Notes under the pieces: generated by a model
What the model was told of the DNA's origin: nothing
The model's database searches: none
The model's input: the letters and a program-made list of their open reading frames with translations, nothing else
DNA from: Candidatus Krumholzibacteriota bacterium
Lineage (GTDB): Bacteria > Krumholzibacteriota > Krumholzibacteriia > JAJRXK01
Direction: 5' to 3'
NCBI GenBank assembly: GCA_963764625.1
Contig: CAVXTH010000009.1
Span: forward strand, 320,001 to 384,000
DNA: 64,000 bases
Translations under genes and position numbers: made by a program
In this document: one piece after another, positions 50,241 through 59,866 of the stretch
Layout of the letters: each line of letters starts with the position of its first letter
Position numbering within the stretch: position 1 is the first letter of the stretch

Positions 50241-53009
50241 CTAGAACAGGCGTCTTATGATGGCGTCGCGGAGAGCCTCGAGAGAGGCGGTGTCCAGGTT
50301 TCCGTAGTGCACCGCCGGAGTCTCCTCGGACCGCAAATGCCACCATGACGGTTGGTTCACTGAGAAGAAGGGTTGGAGGAGGCTCACCATCTGCTCGCGT
50401 TCCAGGCCTTCCCGTTTCTGCAAGAGGGTCAACCACTCGCTGAGTTGTTGCGCATCGCGGAGCGCTTTCAGGCGGAGATCCGCCACCACGCGGCCATCGG
50501 ATCTCGAACTCGGCGCCAGAACAAGCGCGGTGCCTGGAAACTCGTCAGGGTCGTACTCGGTCCACGAGTTCTCGTCACCCAGGCTGAGCCAGACCAGCGC
50601 TCCGCGCGCTCCGTCCAACCACGCTCCCAGGACCCAGGCGGCGGTGCCGCTCACCGCCTGATCCTCTTGATTCGCGGCGCCGTAGATCTGCCAACGGAAG
50701 TGAAGCTCGCGCGCGAGCTCGCGACAGCGGCGCACCTGGGCGGCCGTCGTCTGACCGCCGGTGTAGACGATGCGCGCGCGCGAGTCGAGCGCGCCTTCCA
50801 GCCATTCGGGCCGCGAGATGTCGGCGCGCGTCATCCACTGCGCTCGTTGATCCGGATCGAGACCCTCGTCGAAGAGGGAGAGGAAGAAGCTCAGGGCCGA
50901 CCAGTCGGTCCAGTAGAGTGGCTCGTCCGTATTCCACCAGGTGGAGCGGCCCCAGTCCGTGCGGTGCCTCATCTTAGAACCGAAGAAGCAATGGAGCTCG
51001 GTGTCCTTCCACCCCTTGCTCGCGAAGTGCTTTACGAAGGCTCGTTCCACTTCGACAAAATTGTTCGAGTAACTGGGCGCGAAGGCCTGGTCCACCGGCG
51101 GTGCGGTCTCGGGGTGGTCCCACATCCAGCGGAAAGGATCGCCGCGCGTGGGCCAGCGTCCCTGGTAGTGATAGTTCGCGGGGGTGATCACGGTCGGCCA
51201 GGATTCCCAGAAGGGAAGATACAACACCTCGAGCGGCCGGGGGTCTTGGGGGAAGGCGCTGCCATCGAGGAGCGAATCGGCGAGCGCGTCGTACTGGGAC
51301 CAATCGATCGAGGGCGCGGGCCCCTCCTCTTTCAATCGGGGGCTCAGCACCCAGGGAGTGAAGACGCAGCGGTTGTCGCGCGCGAGGCGAAAGTAATCGA
51401 GGGCATCGGGGGGCACCCGATAGGCGTTGAGTTCGATGCGAAAGCCAGGCTCTAAGGGCAAGCTCCAGTTCACGACCTCGATTTGCAGGGGCAGTAACTC
51501 GGTTCCGCCCGGCGTTCGCGTCACGACCAGTGCGCCGCGGTAGATCCCGGGGGCGCTGTCGGGTGGGAGAGTCAATTCGACGAAGAACGAGCGGTTGGAA
51601 AGTCGACGCGGACCGCCCTCGGGCAGCCGCCATGGCACGGCTTCCTCGGATCTCAAGGGCAAGAGATACGAGGGCTGCCACTTGGCATCGGCGCGCTCGA
51701 CGTACCAGAGCGAGGAGAGTCTGAAAAGCGAACTCTGCAGAGTGTCTCCGTTCACCGAGACCAGATCACGCGGCTGGATCGAGACTTCCGAGAGATTCTG
51801 ACTCTTCCCGTTCTGCACCACGAGTTGGAAGGAGAGAGCTTCTCGACGCGCCCCCGCAAGCCACACCTTGCGGCCGTCCCACACCGCGTTGGCGACCCAG
51901 GGTCGCAGGGCATCCTCCCCCGGCCGGTCGAGTCGGAGCGTGGCCGAGGGATCGAGCTTGGCCAGGGCCGGTTGCCCCCACACTGCCGGAGGATTCGAGC
52001 GCCCACTCTCCGCCGGTGGGCGAGAGGGCAGCTCCAGGGGCTGAGGGAGGGCGAGCGCGGAACTCGACCCCATTTCCCACTGCGCTTGCCGCGAGGGGTA
52101 ACCTTCACGGGACACCGCTTGCAGAGCCAGGGTGTGCTCCCGGCGCGGATCGAGCCCGTCCAGGGTGAACACGGTGGAATCACCCCGGGTGGGCCGGGGA
52201 ATCCGCCAGTTTGCCAGGGGCTCGTCATCGAGCCACCCTCGCCAGGCAAAGACGGTGGAGTCCGGTGCGATGGCGACGCGCTCCGCGCCTCCTTCAAGAG
52301 TGGCGCGAGATGGATCGGCGGACAGACTCACTCGCGGAGCCGACGGAGCGGGACCCGACACAAGAGGGCCGCACTCCACTTCCAGCCAGGGCTTTCCCGC
52401 CCACGACTGAACGCTCTGGAAGTAGTAGTTCCGATTGTAGGGCGAACCGCCCTCCATCAACGCCAGGCCATCGCTCACGCCGCAGATCATTGCCGAGACC
52501 AAGGTGAGGGGAAGGTCGACGCTGAGCCAACGGTCCTGATCCTTGTGCACCGCGAGCGTGTGCACCTCGGTGCGGCCCGCTCCCATGGATACGTCGCAGA
52601 ACGAAGACCCGGGCCAGGCCCACGCGGCGTGACTCGGAATGTCGGGCGAGTTCCAGCTCGCGCCATCGCGTCCCGAATAGGCGTGGGTCTCGCTTCCCTC
52701 GGTCCACCGCGCACTGACGGTGGAAACCCGCAGCCACCGGGGCGCCAACTCGTTGCGGCCGCGAAGGTGGAGTCGCGCGCTCAGGAGCTCTCGTCCCCGG
52801 GCCGCGTTCAGGTCGAAGCGGATGGCTGCCAGCTCCTGCACCGACTTCAGCTTGAACACGGGGCTTCCTCCAGCTCCCGTATCGCTCTCGCGCGGGGTAC
52901 TGTGCGCGAGCCAGATGTCAGCCGTGGCCGGCAGATGCAAACGCTCCGCCCGACTTCGCGCGGGTGCGAGGACGAGCAAGAGAGAGATGAAGGGGACGAG
53001 TCGGCGCAC
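50241..53009 (-). CDS. Large secreted protein with N-terminal DNRLRE-like domain and GH123/DUF4091-like region
   Basis: GTG start plus signal peptide; ATADIW..IRFDL; AGARREALSFQL; PGIYRG; DEP; RADISRPEW; DLRLKALRDAQQ. Confidence 0.6.
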   Translation of the reverse strand: MRRLVPFISLLLVLAPARSRAERLHLPATADIWLAHSTPRESDTGAGGSPVFKLKSVQELAAIRFDLNAARGRELLSARLHLRGRNELAPRWLRVSTVSARWTEGSETHAYSGRDGASWNSPDIPSHAAWAWPGSSFCDVSMGAGRTEVHTLAVHKDQDRWLSVDLPLTLVSAMICGVSDGLALMEGGSPYNRNYYFQSVQSWAGKPWLEVECGPLVSGPAPSAPRVSLSADPSRATLEGGAERVAIAPDSTVFAWRGWLDDEPLANWRIPRPTRGDSTVFTLDGLDPRREHTLALQAVSREGYPSRQAQWEMGSSSALALPQPLELPSRPPAESGRSNPPAVWGQPALAKLDPSATLRLDRPGEDALRPWVANAVWDGRKVWLAGARREALSFQLVVQNGKSQNLSEVSIQPRDLVSVNGDTLQSSLFRLSSLWYVERADAKWQPSYLLPLRSEEAVPWRLPEGGPRRLSNRSFFVELTLPPDSAPGIYRGALVVTRTPGGTELLPLQIEVVNWSLPLEPGFRIELNAYRVPPDALDYFRLARDNRCVFTPWVLSPRLKEEGPAPSIDWSQYDALADSLLDGSAFPQDPRPLEVLYLPFWESWPTVITPANYHYQGRWPTRGDPFRWMWDHPETAPPVDQAFAPSYSNNFVEVERAFVKHFASKGWKDTELHCFFGSKMRHRTDWGRSTWWNTDEPLYWTDWSALSFFLSLFDEGLDPDQRAQWMTRADISRPEWLEGALDSRARIVYTGGQTTAAQVRRCRELARELHFRWQIYGAANQEDQAVSGTAAWVLGAWLDGARGALVWLSLGDENSWTEYDPDEFPGTALVLAPSSRSDGRVVADLRLKALRDAQQLSEWLTLLQKREGLEREQMVSLLQPFFSVNQPSWWHLRSEETPAVHYGNLDTASLEALRDAIIRRLF

Positions 53010-53132
53010 TGGAGGGCTTCCCGGGATGGAGTTTCCCCCGCATCCAAGCACTTCCCGTCCGCTCCCGCAAGCCTTGCCAAGTCCAAGCAAACGGCGCAGG
53101 ATGGGCGCTCCTTCAGTTTCACGAGGTGTTCG

Positions 53133-54005
53133 ATGACTGCCCGCGTCTACCGGCTCGCGTCCTCAGCTCACTCCTTGGTGCTCGAGGCGGAGGGCCGTTT
53201 CCTCGACCTCAGCGCGTATGCAGCCGAGCGAGGATTTCGCGCCAGTCTGCTGGGTCTGTGCCGGCAGGGCTTCTTCGAGCCGTCGACCCTCGCTGCCGCG
53301 CTGAACGACGACGGGTGGAAGGAACTCTCGCCGCCGCGCGAATCGGCCGGAGAGCTTGAAACGCCACTTTTGTGGCGCGAGGTGGGGAAAATCCTGGCGC
53401 TGGGCAAAAACTTCCGCGCGCACGCGGCCGAGTTCGGCGAAGAGGTTCCCAAAGAGCCGCTCTTCTTCAACAAGCTTCCCGAGCTTCTTCGTCCCCCCTC
53501 CGCCGAGGTCACCGTCCCTTCCTGGTACCGGGAGCGGGTGGATCACGAAGCCGAAGTCGCGGTGGTGATCGGCAAGCAGGGACACGAGGTGACGCTGAAG
53601 GAAGCCATGGATCACGTCGCGGGCTACACCGTTGCCAACGATCTCACCGCGCGAAGCCTGCAGAAGCGCGACCGCGAACTGAAGTTTCCCTGGTTTCGCG
53701 GAAAGAACCTCGATGGCTTCTGCCCCCTGGGGCCCTGTTTCGTGCCGCGCGAGCAGATCGAAATTGAAAACTTGAGGCTCTGCGCCCACGTGAACGGCGA
53801 GCTGCGGCAGGATGCTAATACGCGCGATTGGGTAGTGGACATCCCCCACGCGCTCGCCTACCTGTCGCGCCACCTGACTCTTCATCCCGGTGACCTGGTG
53901 CTCATGGGTACGCCCGAGGGAGTCAGTCCCCTGAACGACGGCGACGAAGTGGTGTGTTCGGTGGAGGGAATCGGCGAGCTGCGCACCACGATCCGGCGGC
54001 CGTAG
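53133..54005 (+). CDS. Fumarylacetoacetate hydrolase family protein
   Basis: KILALGKNF, PLFFNK, DHEAEV, NDLTAR, GKNLDGFCPLGP, PGDLVLMGTPEG. Confidence 0.93.
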   Translation: MTARVYRLASSAHSLVLEAEGRFLDLSAYAAERGFRASLLGLCRQGFFEPSTLAAALNDDGWKELSPPRESAGELETPLLWREVGKILALGKNFRAHAAEFGEEVPKEPLFFNKLPELLRPPSAEVTVPSWYRERVDHEAEVAVVIGKQGHEVTLKEAMDHVAGYTVANDLTARSLQKRDRELKFPWFRGKNLDGFCPLGPCFVPREQIEIENLRLCAHVNGELRQDANTRDWVVDIPHALAYLSRHLTLHPGDLVLMGTPEGVSPLNDGDEVVCSVEGIGELRTTIRRP

Positions 54006-54038
54006 GGTGCTGCTCTCCTCGTCCCGACTCTCGAGGGT

Positions 54039-54549
54039 CTACTGGCCGGGAAAATACTGATCCACCAGCGCAAGAAGATAGTCCCGCAGTTGCGCTGCGG
54101 CTCCGCTCGTGCAGCCGGTGATCTTCACGCTGAACTCGTCGGTTTCGTTGAGCAGGCGCAACACCTCCACCGTATCGCTCGAACTCACGCAGCCCGCGTC
54201 TCCCTGCTTGAAGATCTCGATCATGGAAGCATCGAGGGCGAGGCCCTCGGCCTGGTTCAACTCGCTCGTGCTGACCGTATCGATGGCGGTCACCGCCGAG
54301 GGCTCGTTCAGGGGATTCGCACGGATCTCTCCGCTGAACAGAACTTGTACGAATCCCAGGCAATCGCCGCCGGGCGGGCAGTCGATTCGTCTCCAGCTGA
54401 AGACTGACTCCTTCGCTCTGTGAATCGAAGCCGGGGTCGATCGGTGGAGGAGGGGCGACAGTGTCGTCATGGTGCGAGCAAGCCGCCCCCGCGAACGCGA
54501 GGACCAGAATGGCGAGCCAAAGGCAGTTCCAGTTCCGAGTGCGCATCAT
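54039..54549 (-). pseudogene. Small lipoprotein split by one frameshift near 54410
   Basis: Lipoprotein signal MMRTRNWNCLWLAILVLAFAGAAC in one frame and a globular C-terminal half (CPPGGDC...YFPGQ) in another. Confidence 0.55.
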
Positions 54550-54571
54550 GCACCTTCCGTGTGCGCAATCC

Positions 54572-56119
54572 TCAGGCCAAGGAGGGCAGGGCATCCTCGA
54601 TGAAGGACCTGAAGCTTCCTGACCCCACGAGAGTCTTGACCGCTTCGATGTCGGGCGAGAAGCGCCGGTCCTTCTCATAATACGGAACTTTCTTCCGCAC
54701 CATCCGCAAGACTTCCCGTAAAGGCTCGGAAGTCTCATGGGGGGCGTGGAATTCGATCCCTTGGCAGGCGGCCAAAAGTTCGATGGCGACGATTCCCGCC
54801 GTATTCTCGGCCATTGGCAGCAGCCGGCGCGCCCCGTGCGTTGCCATGCTCACGTGATCCTCCTGGTTGGCCGAGGTGGGAAGACTGTCGGTCGAGGTGG
54901 GCTGGGCCAAGTGCTTGTTTTCGCTCGCCAGCGCCGCGGCCGTCACGTGCGCGATCATGAAGCCGGAATTCACCCCGCTCTCGTTCACCAGGAACGCGGG
55001 AAGTCCGCTCATCTTCGGATCGGTCAAGAGGGCAATCCGGCGTTCGCTCATCGCTCCCATCTCGGCCAGGGCGAGAGCCAGAGTATCGGCCGCGAAGGCC
55101 ACCGGCTCCGCGTGGAAATTCCCGCCGCTGATGACCTCGCCGCTTTCGGGAAACACCAGGGGGTTGTCGGTCACGGCGTTGGCCTCGCGCTGTAGCTGCG
55201 CGGCGCAGAAGACGAGAAGATCGAGGCAGGCGCCCATGACCTGCGGCTGACAGCGCAGGCTGTAGGGATCCTGGACCCGATCACAATCTCGATGGCTGGC
55301 GTGAATCTGAGAGCCCTGCAGCAGAGTGCGGTAGCACGAAGCGATGGTCGTCTGCCCCTGAAGACCGCGTAGCTCGTGGATGCGCGGATCGAAGGGGGCG
55401 AGACTGGCCTTGGCCGCATCGATGCTCAACGCTCCCGCGACCACCGCCGCGGCCAGATCGTCTTCCGCCGCGAAAAGACCCCTCAGCGCCAGCGCGGTCG
55501 ACACCTGGGTTCCGTTGATGAGGGCCAGCCCTTCCTTGGGAGCCAGTTTCAGCGGAGTCAGACCGGCTCGCACCAGACCTTCGCGTGCCCCCATCTCCTC
55601 TTCCCGCACGCGAACCCGGCCCTCGCCCAGAAGAGTCGCCGCGAGATGGGCCAAAGGAGCGAGATCTCCCGAGGCGCCGACCGAACCCTGCGAGGGGACG
55701 CAGGGTAGAACCTCCGCCGTCAGTAGTGCCATCAACGCACGCACCAGCTCCACCCGTACTCCGCTGTGGCCGCGCGCGAGGCTCGCGATCTTCAGGACCA
55801 AGATGAGACGCACCGTCGCGTCGTCGAGCAGGGGTCCGGTGCCGGCGCTGTGCGAGAGGAGCAGGTTTCTCTGCAGGAGCGCGAGTTCGTCTTTCGGAAT
55901 ACGGGTTTGCGCCAGGAGACCGAAACCCGTGTTGACACCGTACACACTCTGGTCTTCGTTAAGAATCTTCTCGATGGTGGCGCGGGCGGCCTCGATGCGC
56001 TGCAGAGAATCACGGGTCAGTTCGAGGCGCACCGGACCTTCCTGTACGCGGCGAAGATCGCGCAAACTCAGAGTTCCGGCATTCAGAAGAAGTTTCGTCC
56101 CGGAGCTCTCGCGACTCAT
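54572..56119 (-). CDS. hutH: Histidine ammonia-lyase
   Basis: [17 protein letters not shown]-forming [33 protein letters not shown]. Confidence 0.96.
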   Translation of the reverse strand: MSRESSGTKLLLNAGTLSLRDLRRVQEGPVRLELTRDSLQRIEAARATIEKILNEDQSVYGVNTGFGLLAQTRIPKDELALLQRNLLLSHSAGTGPLLDDATVRLILVLKIASLARGHSGVRVELVRALMALLTAEVLPCVPSQGSVGASGDLAPLAHLAATLLGEGRVRVREEEMGAREGLVRAGLTPLKLAPKEGLALINGTQVSTALALRGLFAAEDDLAAAVVAGALSIDAAKASLAPFDPRIHELRGLQGQTTIASCYRTLLQGSQIHASHRDCDRVQDPYSLRCQPQVMGACLDLLVFCAAQLQREANAVTDNPLVFPESGEVISGGNFHAEPVAFAADTLALALAEMGAMSERRIALLTDPKMSGLPAFLVNESGVNSGFMIAHVTAAALASENKHLAQPTSTDSLPTSANQEDHVSMATHGARRLLPMAENTAGIVAIELLAACQGIEFHAPHETSEPLREVLRMVRKKVPYYEKDRRFSPDIEAVKTLVGSGSFRSFIEDALPSLA

Positions 56120-57459
56120 CGGGAAGCCGCCGCACTGCCCTTGGACTTTCCGCGCGCTTTCTTACTCTCGTAGAGCTGGAAGAGCTCCGCCAGAAGGCGA
56201 GGAACCAGGCGCATGCGCTCGGGGGATTCCACATAGGCGACCCGGAGCTGGGTCGTTCCCGGATTCTCGGCGCCGGGTGCGACTTCGTAGAAGCCGGCCA
56301 TGGGGGCGGTCAAGAGAGTGAAGGACTTGCCATCGATGCGAACCTCGCCTTCTTCGGCACAAAAGAGCGCGAACTCGTGCGCGTCGAACCCGGGCCCCGC
56401 CGCGTCCTTCAGATCGACCACCGAGTAGAGCGCCGCGTCGGGACTGGAGACGATGGCCAGTGGCATGCGCTCTTTCATCTCCTGTGCGAAGTCCTTGAGC
56501 ATGTTGCCATAGTAACGGCGCTGATGAGCAAACCACTCACGCAGTTGATCGTGACTGGTGTGCGCCAGAGCGCCGAAGATCCACTGGCCGATGTGATTGC
56601 TGCAGAGAGCGGCGGTGTTTTCCGCCACCGCTTTGCGATGAAACTCCTCGTTGTCGGTGACGAGCGCGCCGATGCGCAGGCCGCACGCGTTCCACACCTT
56701 GCTGGCGGTCTCGATGCTGATGCGGCGGCCGGAGAGTCCAGGGACTTCGTCTTCACTCAGATGCCACAGGCTGATGGACTTTTCGCCCGTGTAGGAGAGT
56801 TCCCGGTAGGCCTCGTCGCTGATCAACCAGAGATCGTGTTTCACGCACAGTCGCGCGAGCTGGAGCATCGTCTCCCGCGAGTAGAGTTGTCCGGTGGGAT
56901 TGTCGTAGGGAATGACGACCATCCCGGCGGGTTTGTGTTTCGTGATGACGGACTCGATCTCATCCAGAGCGGGCAGCTCGAACCGTCCGCTGCGTTCGAG
57001 TCGGCGCGAGATGGTGACGGTCGCGCGCCCGAGACGGCTGGCGAACGCGCCGTAGTTGGTATACGCGGGATCGATCAAGAGCAGGGGTCGGCCCGTGCTT
57101 CCGGCCGACCCGCACAGGCCCGTGATGACCAATTCCATGGCCTGGCTTCCGCCGTCGGTGATCTGCACATGCAAACCCTTGGTGGGACAAGAGCTGGCCG
57201 CGAGAACGTTCAGAAAAGCTCGCTGTGTCTCGGCCAGTCCCACCGTTGGCGTGTAGCGCACGATGCCTTCGGCGAAGGGGCTGTCCTTCTCTCCGAGTCG
57301 TCTCATTCGATCCACGAGGTCGGGATGCATGGGGAGGGACACGTTGCCGATGGCGACGTTCACTGCTTCACAGTCGCCTCCGCGCTCGGCGAAACGGATG
57401 CTGGCCACCCGAATCGCCGAGGGTTGACGCCTCTTAAAGTGCTCGGAGAGCGTGGGCAT
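56116..57459 (-). CDS. PLP-dependent aminotransferase class I/II
   Basis: [40 protein letters not shown]; ATGA overlap with hutH. Confidence 0.9.
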   Translation of the reverse strand: MPTLSEHFKRRQPSAIRVASIRFAERGGDCEAVNVAIGNVSLPMHPDLVDRMRRLGEKDSPFAEGIVRYTPTVGLAETQRAFLNVLAASSCPTKGLHVQITDGGSQAMELVITGLCGSAGSTGRPLLLIDPAYTNYGAFASRLGRATVTISRRLERSGRFELPALDEIESVITKHKPAGMVVIPYDNPTGQLYSRETMLQLARLCVKHDLWLISDEAYRELSYTGEKSISLWHLSEDEVPGLSGRRISIETASKVWNACGLRIGALVTDNEEFHRKAVAENTAALCSNHIGQWIFGALAHTSHDQLREWFAHQRRYYGNMLKDFAQEMKERMPLAIVSSPDAALYSVVDLKDAAGPGFDAHEFALFCAEEGEVRIDGKSFTLLTAPMAGFYEVAPGAENPGTTQLRVAYVESPERMRLVPRLLAELFQLYESKKARGKSKGSAAASR

Positions 57460-57535
57460 GATCGTCTCCTGCTCGCGGCTGGAAGTGTGCTCGTTTCAGC
57501 GAGAACTCTCCTTCAAGATAGCCTTACGGCCCACA

Positions 57536-58099
57536 TTAGAAAGGGAAGCCCAGGCCCGCGGTGAGGGTGAAGAACTGCAGGTTATCGATTCCGCTCATGA
57601 ACGCGACATTCATGCGGCCCTCGATCGTGAGATGCACCGCGGGGCCTCCGAAGGCGGTTCCCAGACCCACGCCGCTCGCGAATCCGCTCTTGGAGCCGCC
57701 GCCAGGCAGATTGTAATTGGCGTAGCCCGCGTCCACGCTCAAGAAGAAGGGCGAGGCCTTGGAGTGCGCCTTGAGCCCCAGGGTTCCCTCGAAGTACGAG
57801 CTGCCCGTCTCGCGTCCATTGGACTCGAGTAAGGCCTTGAGGTTTTTGTTCACCACCAGGGGAGAATAGGCCGCGCGCAGGAAGACCCCCAGCAGGGCCA
57901 CCTGCCCCAGCGGATTCACGTCCTGGATGTCGAAGGTCGCGCCGAAGTACGGAGAGGTATCGTTCACGTCCCCGAAACTCGAGAAAGGAAAGAGACCGCC
58001 TGCTTCCACCGCGAGCCGGTTCTGGGCCAGCGCGGGCGCCGCGAGCACGACCAAAACCAATGACACGATCATGATACCCCAGAGGGATCGAGCTTTCAT
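57536..58099 (-). CDS. Small outer-membrane beta-barrel protein
   Basis: Signal peptide ending ALA-Q, alternating beta-strand pattern, terminal Phe (AGLGFPF); SD AGGAGG. Confidence 0.7.
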   Translation of the reverse strand: MKARSLWGIMIVSLVLVVLAAPALAQNRLAVEAGGLFPFSSFGDVNDTSPYFGATFDIQDVNPLGQVALLGVFLRAAYSPLVVNKNLKALLESNGRETGSSYFEGTLGLKAHSKASPFFLSVDAGYANYNLPGGGSKSGFASGVGLGTAFGGPAVHLTIEGRMNVAFMSGIDNLQFFTLTAGLGFPF

Positions 58100-58220
58100 C
58101 GCTACCTCCTGCCTGTCGGGCTGAACCGATTGAATTGGCCAGAGAGTACGGCTCGACCCTTCCATTCTCAAGCTCTCGATCAACTGCGCCAGAGAGCCGA
58201 TTTCTGACGGTTCACGCCCG

Positions 58221-59660
58221 TCACTCCTCTTCTTCGGACTCGTTGAGATCCCGGCCTACCAGGTCACTTGCGCGCGGGGGAAGAAGAGGCGCGAGGTGGG
58301 CGAGTCTCCAGGCGGGGGTCCCCTCGAGCGCGAAATACTCGGGAGATTGAAAGAGGCGATGGATCATCATCCGGCGCATGCCGAGGTTGGGCCGAGAACT
58401 CCAACCCTCGATTTCCTCCGGCGCCCCCTCGCGGTCCGCCACTTCGCGGTAGAGGGTGGCGATGAAGACCCGCCACTTCCGCTCGCAGTCCTGCCAACGT
58501 TCCTCGCTGGCCCAAAGTCGCCCCTGCTCTTGGCAATACGCTTCGTCGAAGCTCTTGGCGGTGTCCTTGGCCACGGCCCGGTGAAAATCGGTGGCGACCC
58601 ACTCTCTCCACTTCCGCTCCCAGCTCGCAACCCACGGCGCGAACGCGGGACTGGAGTCTGCTTGGTCCAAAATCTCGCGGAAGTACACGGCCGAATCCTC
58701 CGCCACGCTGCCCTGGGTCTGCAGGCACTTGCGTTCCAGCGCCCCTTGGTAGCGATAGAGCTCCTGCAGGTACGCTTCGTAGACGAACCCCGGTCCAGTC
58801 CGCAGATGTTCGGTGAGATTCTCCACCGGGGCCTGGGTGATCACGGTGGCCAGGATCGCCATGCTCAGCGCGATGGCGGGGAGGCTGCGCCAACGGCGAT
58901 AACTGAGGGCCCAGACCAACATGGCCAAGAAGGCGAAGAGCATGATCAGGCCGTTGGGCCAGTGGATGAAGGCGAAGAGGCTCGCCGGAACCAGCAGTTG
59001 CGCGCGCGGGCTCGCTCCGATTGCACGCAGCCGCCGCATGGCGAAAACCAGGAACAGACTCAACTGGAGGAACGCGTAGAGCGGATAGCTCAGCAGGGAC
59101 ACCAGAACGCGATGCCAGTGGGGCAGCGCTTGCCAAAGGTGCCGCAGGTCGAAGCGGGTGAGGAGAAGAACGAGCAGAATCCATCCCGCCACCGCGAGGG
59201 CGGTGGGAAGAGCGAGAAATCGCGCCGTCTTCTGAAAGCCACTCGAGCTTCCGGTCAGTTCCCGCCAGCCGTCTTCTTTCAGCATCAGGCCGATCAAGAG
59301 GAGGATGACCAGCGCGAGGACCAGGTAGTGAACGGGTCGGTAGCTAGCCGAGGGGATCCACGCCCATACCAGCAGAAAGATCCCCGGGAACACCAAAAGC
59401 TCCCGCTCGGCGCGCCGAATTGCAGCCCCTTGCGAAGCAGACGCCTTTGTCGTCCCTGGGCTTTCGCGCCGGGCCCGCGACCGGCTCCACGGAACCGCTG
59501 CCGCCACGAACAGGACGAGCCCGGCCGCGATCGCGAGCCCGGGCGAGAGAAGGCCGGCCAGTGGAAAGGGGGCGGCGTGACGCAATCCCACGGTTTGATA
59601 CCGAAGGCCGGTGCTGAGGAGGATCACTCCCAGGCTGAAGAGAAGAGCTTGCCAGGGCAT
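58221..59660 (-). CDS. CPBP/Abi (CAAX) family membrane protein with C-terminal DUF4214-like region
   Basis: About 9-10 TM helices with SLFAFIHWPN; C-terminal FIATLYREVADRE...W...RLFQSPEY. Confidence 0.6.
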   Translation of the reverse strand: MPWQALLFSLGVILLSTGLRYQTVGLRHAAPFPLAGLLSPGLAIAAGLVLFVAAAVPWSRSRARRESPGTTKASASQGAAIRRAERELLVFPGIFLLVWAWIPSASYRPVHYLVLALVILLLIGLMLKEDGWRELTGSSSGFQKTARFLALPTALAVAGWILLVLLLTRFDLRHLWQALPHWHRVLVSLLSYPLYAFLQLSLFLVFAMRRLRAIGASPRAQLLVPASLFAFIHWPNGLIMLFAFLAMLVWALSYRRWRSLPAIALSMAILATVITQAPVENLTEHLRTGPGFVYEAYLQELYRYQGALERKCLQTQGSVAEDSAVYFREILDQADSSPAFAPWVASWERKWREWVATDFHRAVAKDTAKSFDEAYCQEQGRLWASEERWQDCERKWRVFIATLYREVADREGAPEEIEGWSSRPNLGMRRMMIHRLFQSPEYFALEGTPAWRLAHLAPLLPPRASDLVGRDLNESEEEE

Positions 59661-59866
59661 AGGGGTTGGCGCGGGAGTGGGGACAACGCGAATTGCAGCT
59701 TCCGCTCACGGATTTGCCTTGTCAAGCCGCCAGACATTGCGCGAAGTCGCAGAAACGATAGATTTTTTGCGACCTTCCCAGCTCAGGAGGTGCCCATTGA
59801 TGCTATCCTGAGCATTCCCCGCGCATTCATCCGCGCTTGAACACCGAGAGTTCGAACGGAGACCCC

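Noticed and set aside
51825-53132. Apparent long N-terminal fusion on the FAH-family protein
   Set aside because: It is antisense to the 50241-53009 gene; the FAH protein starts near 53133
59661-59866. SAH or SAM riboswitch upstream of ahcY
   Set aside because: I could not find the conserved core sequences; only an 8-bp inverted repeat is present
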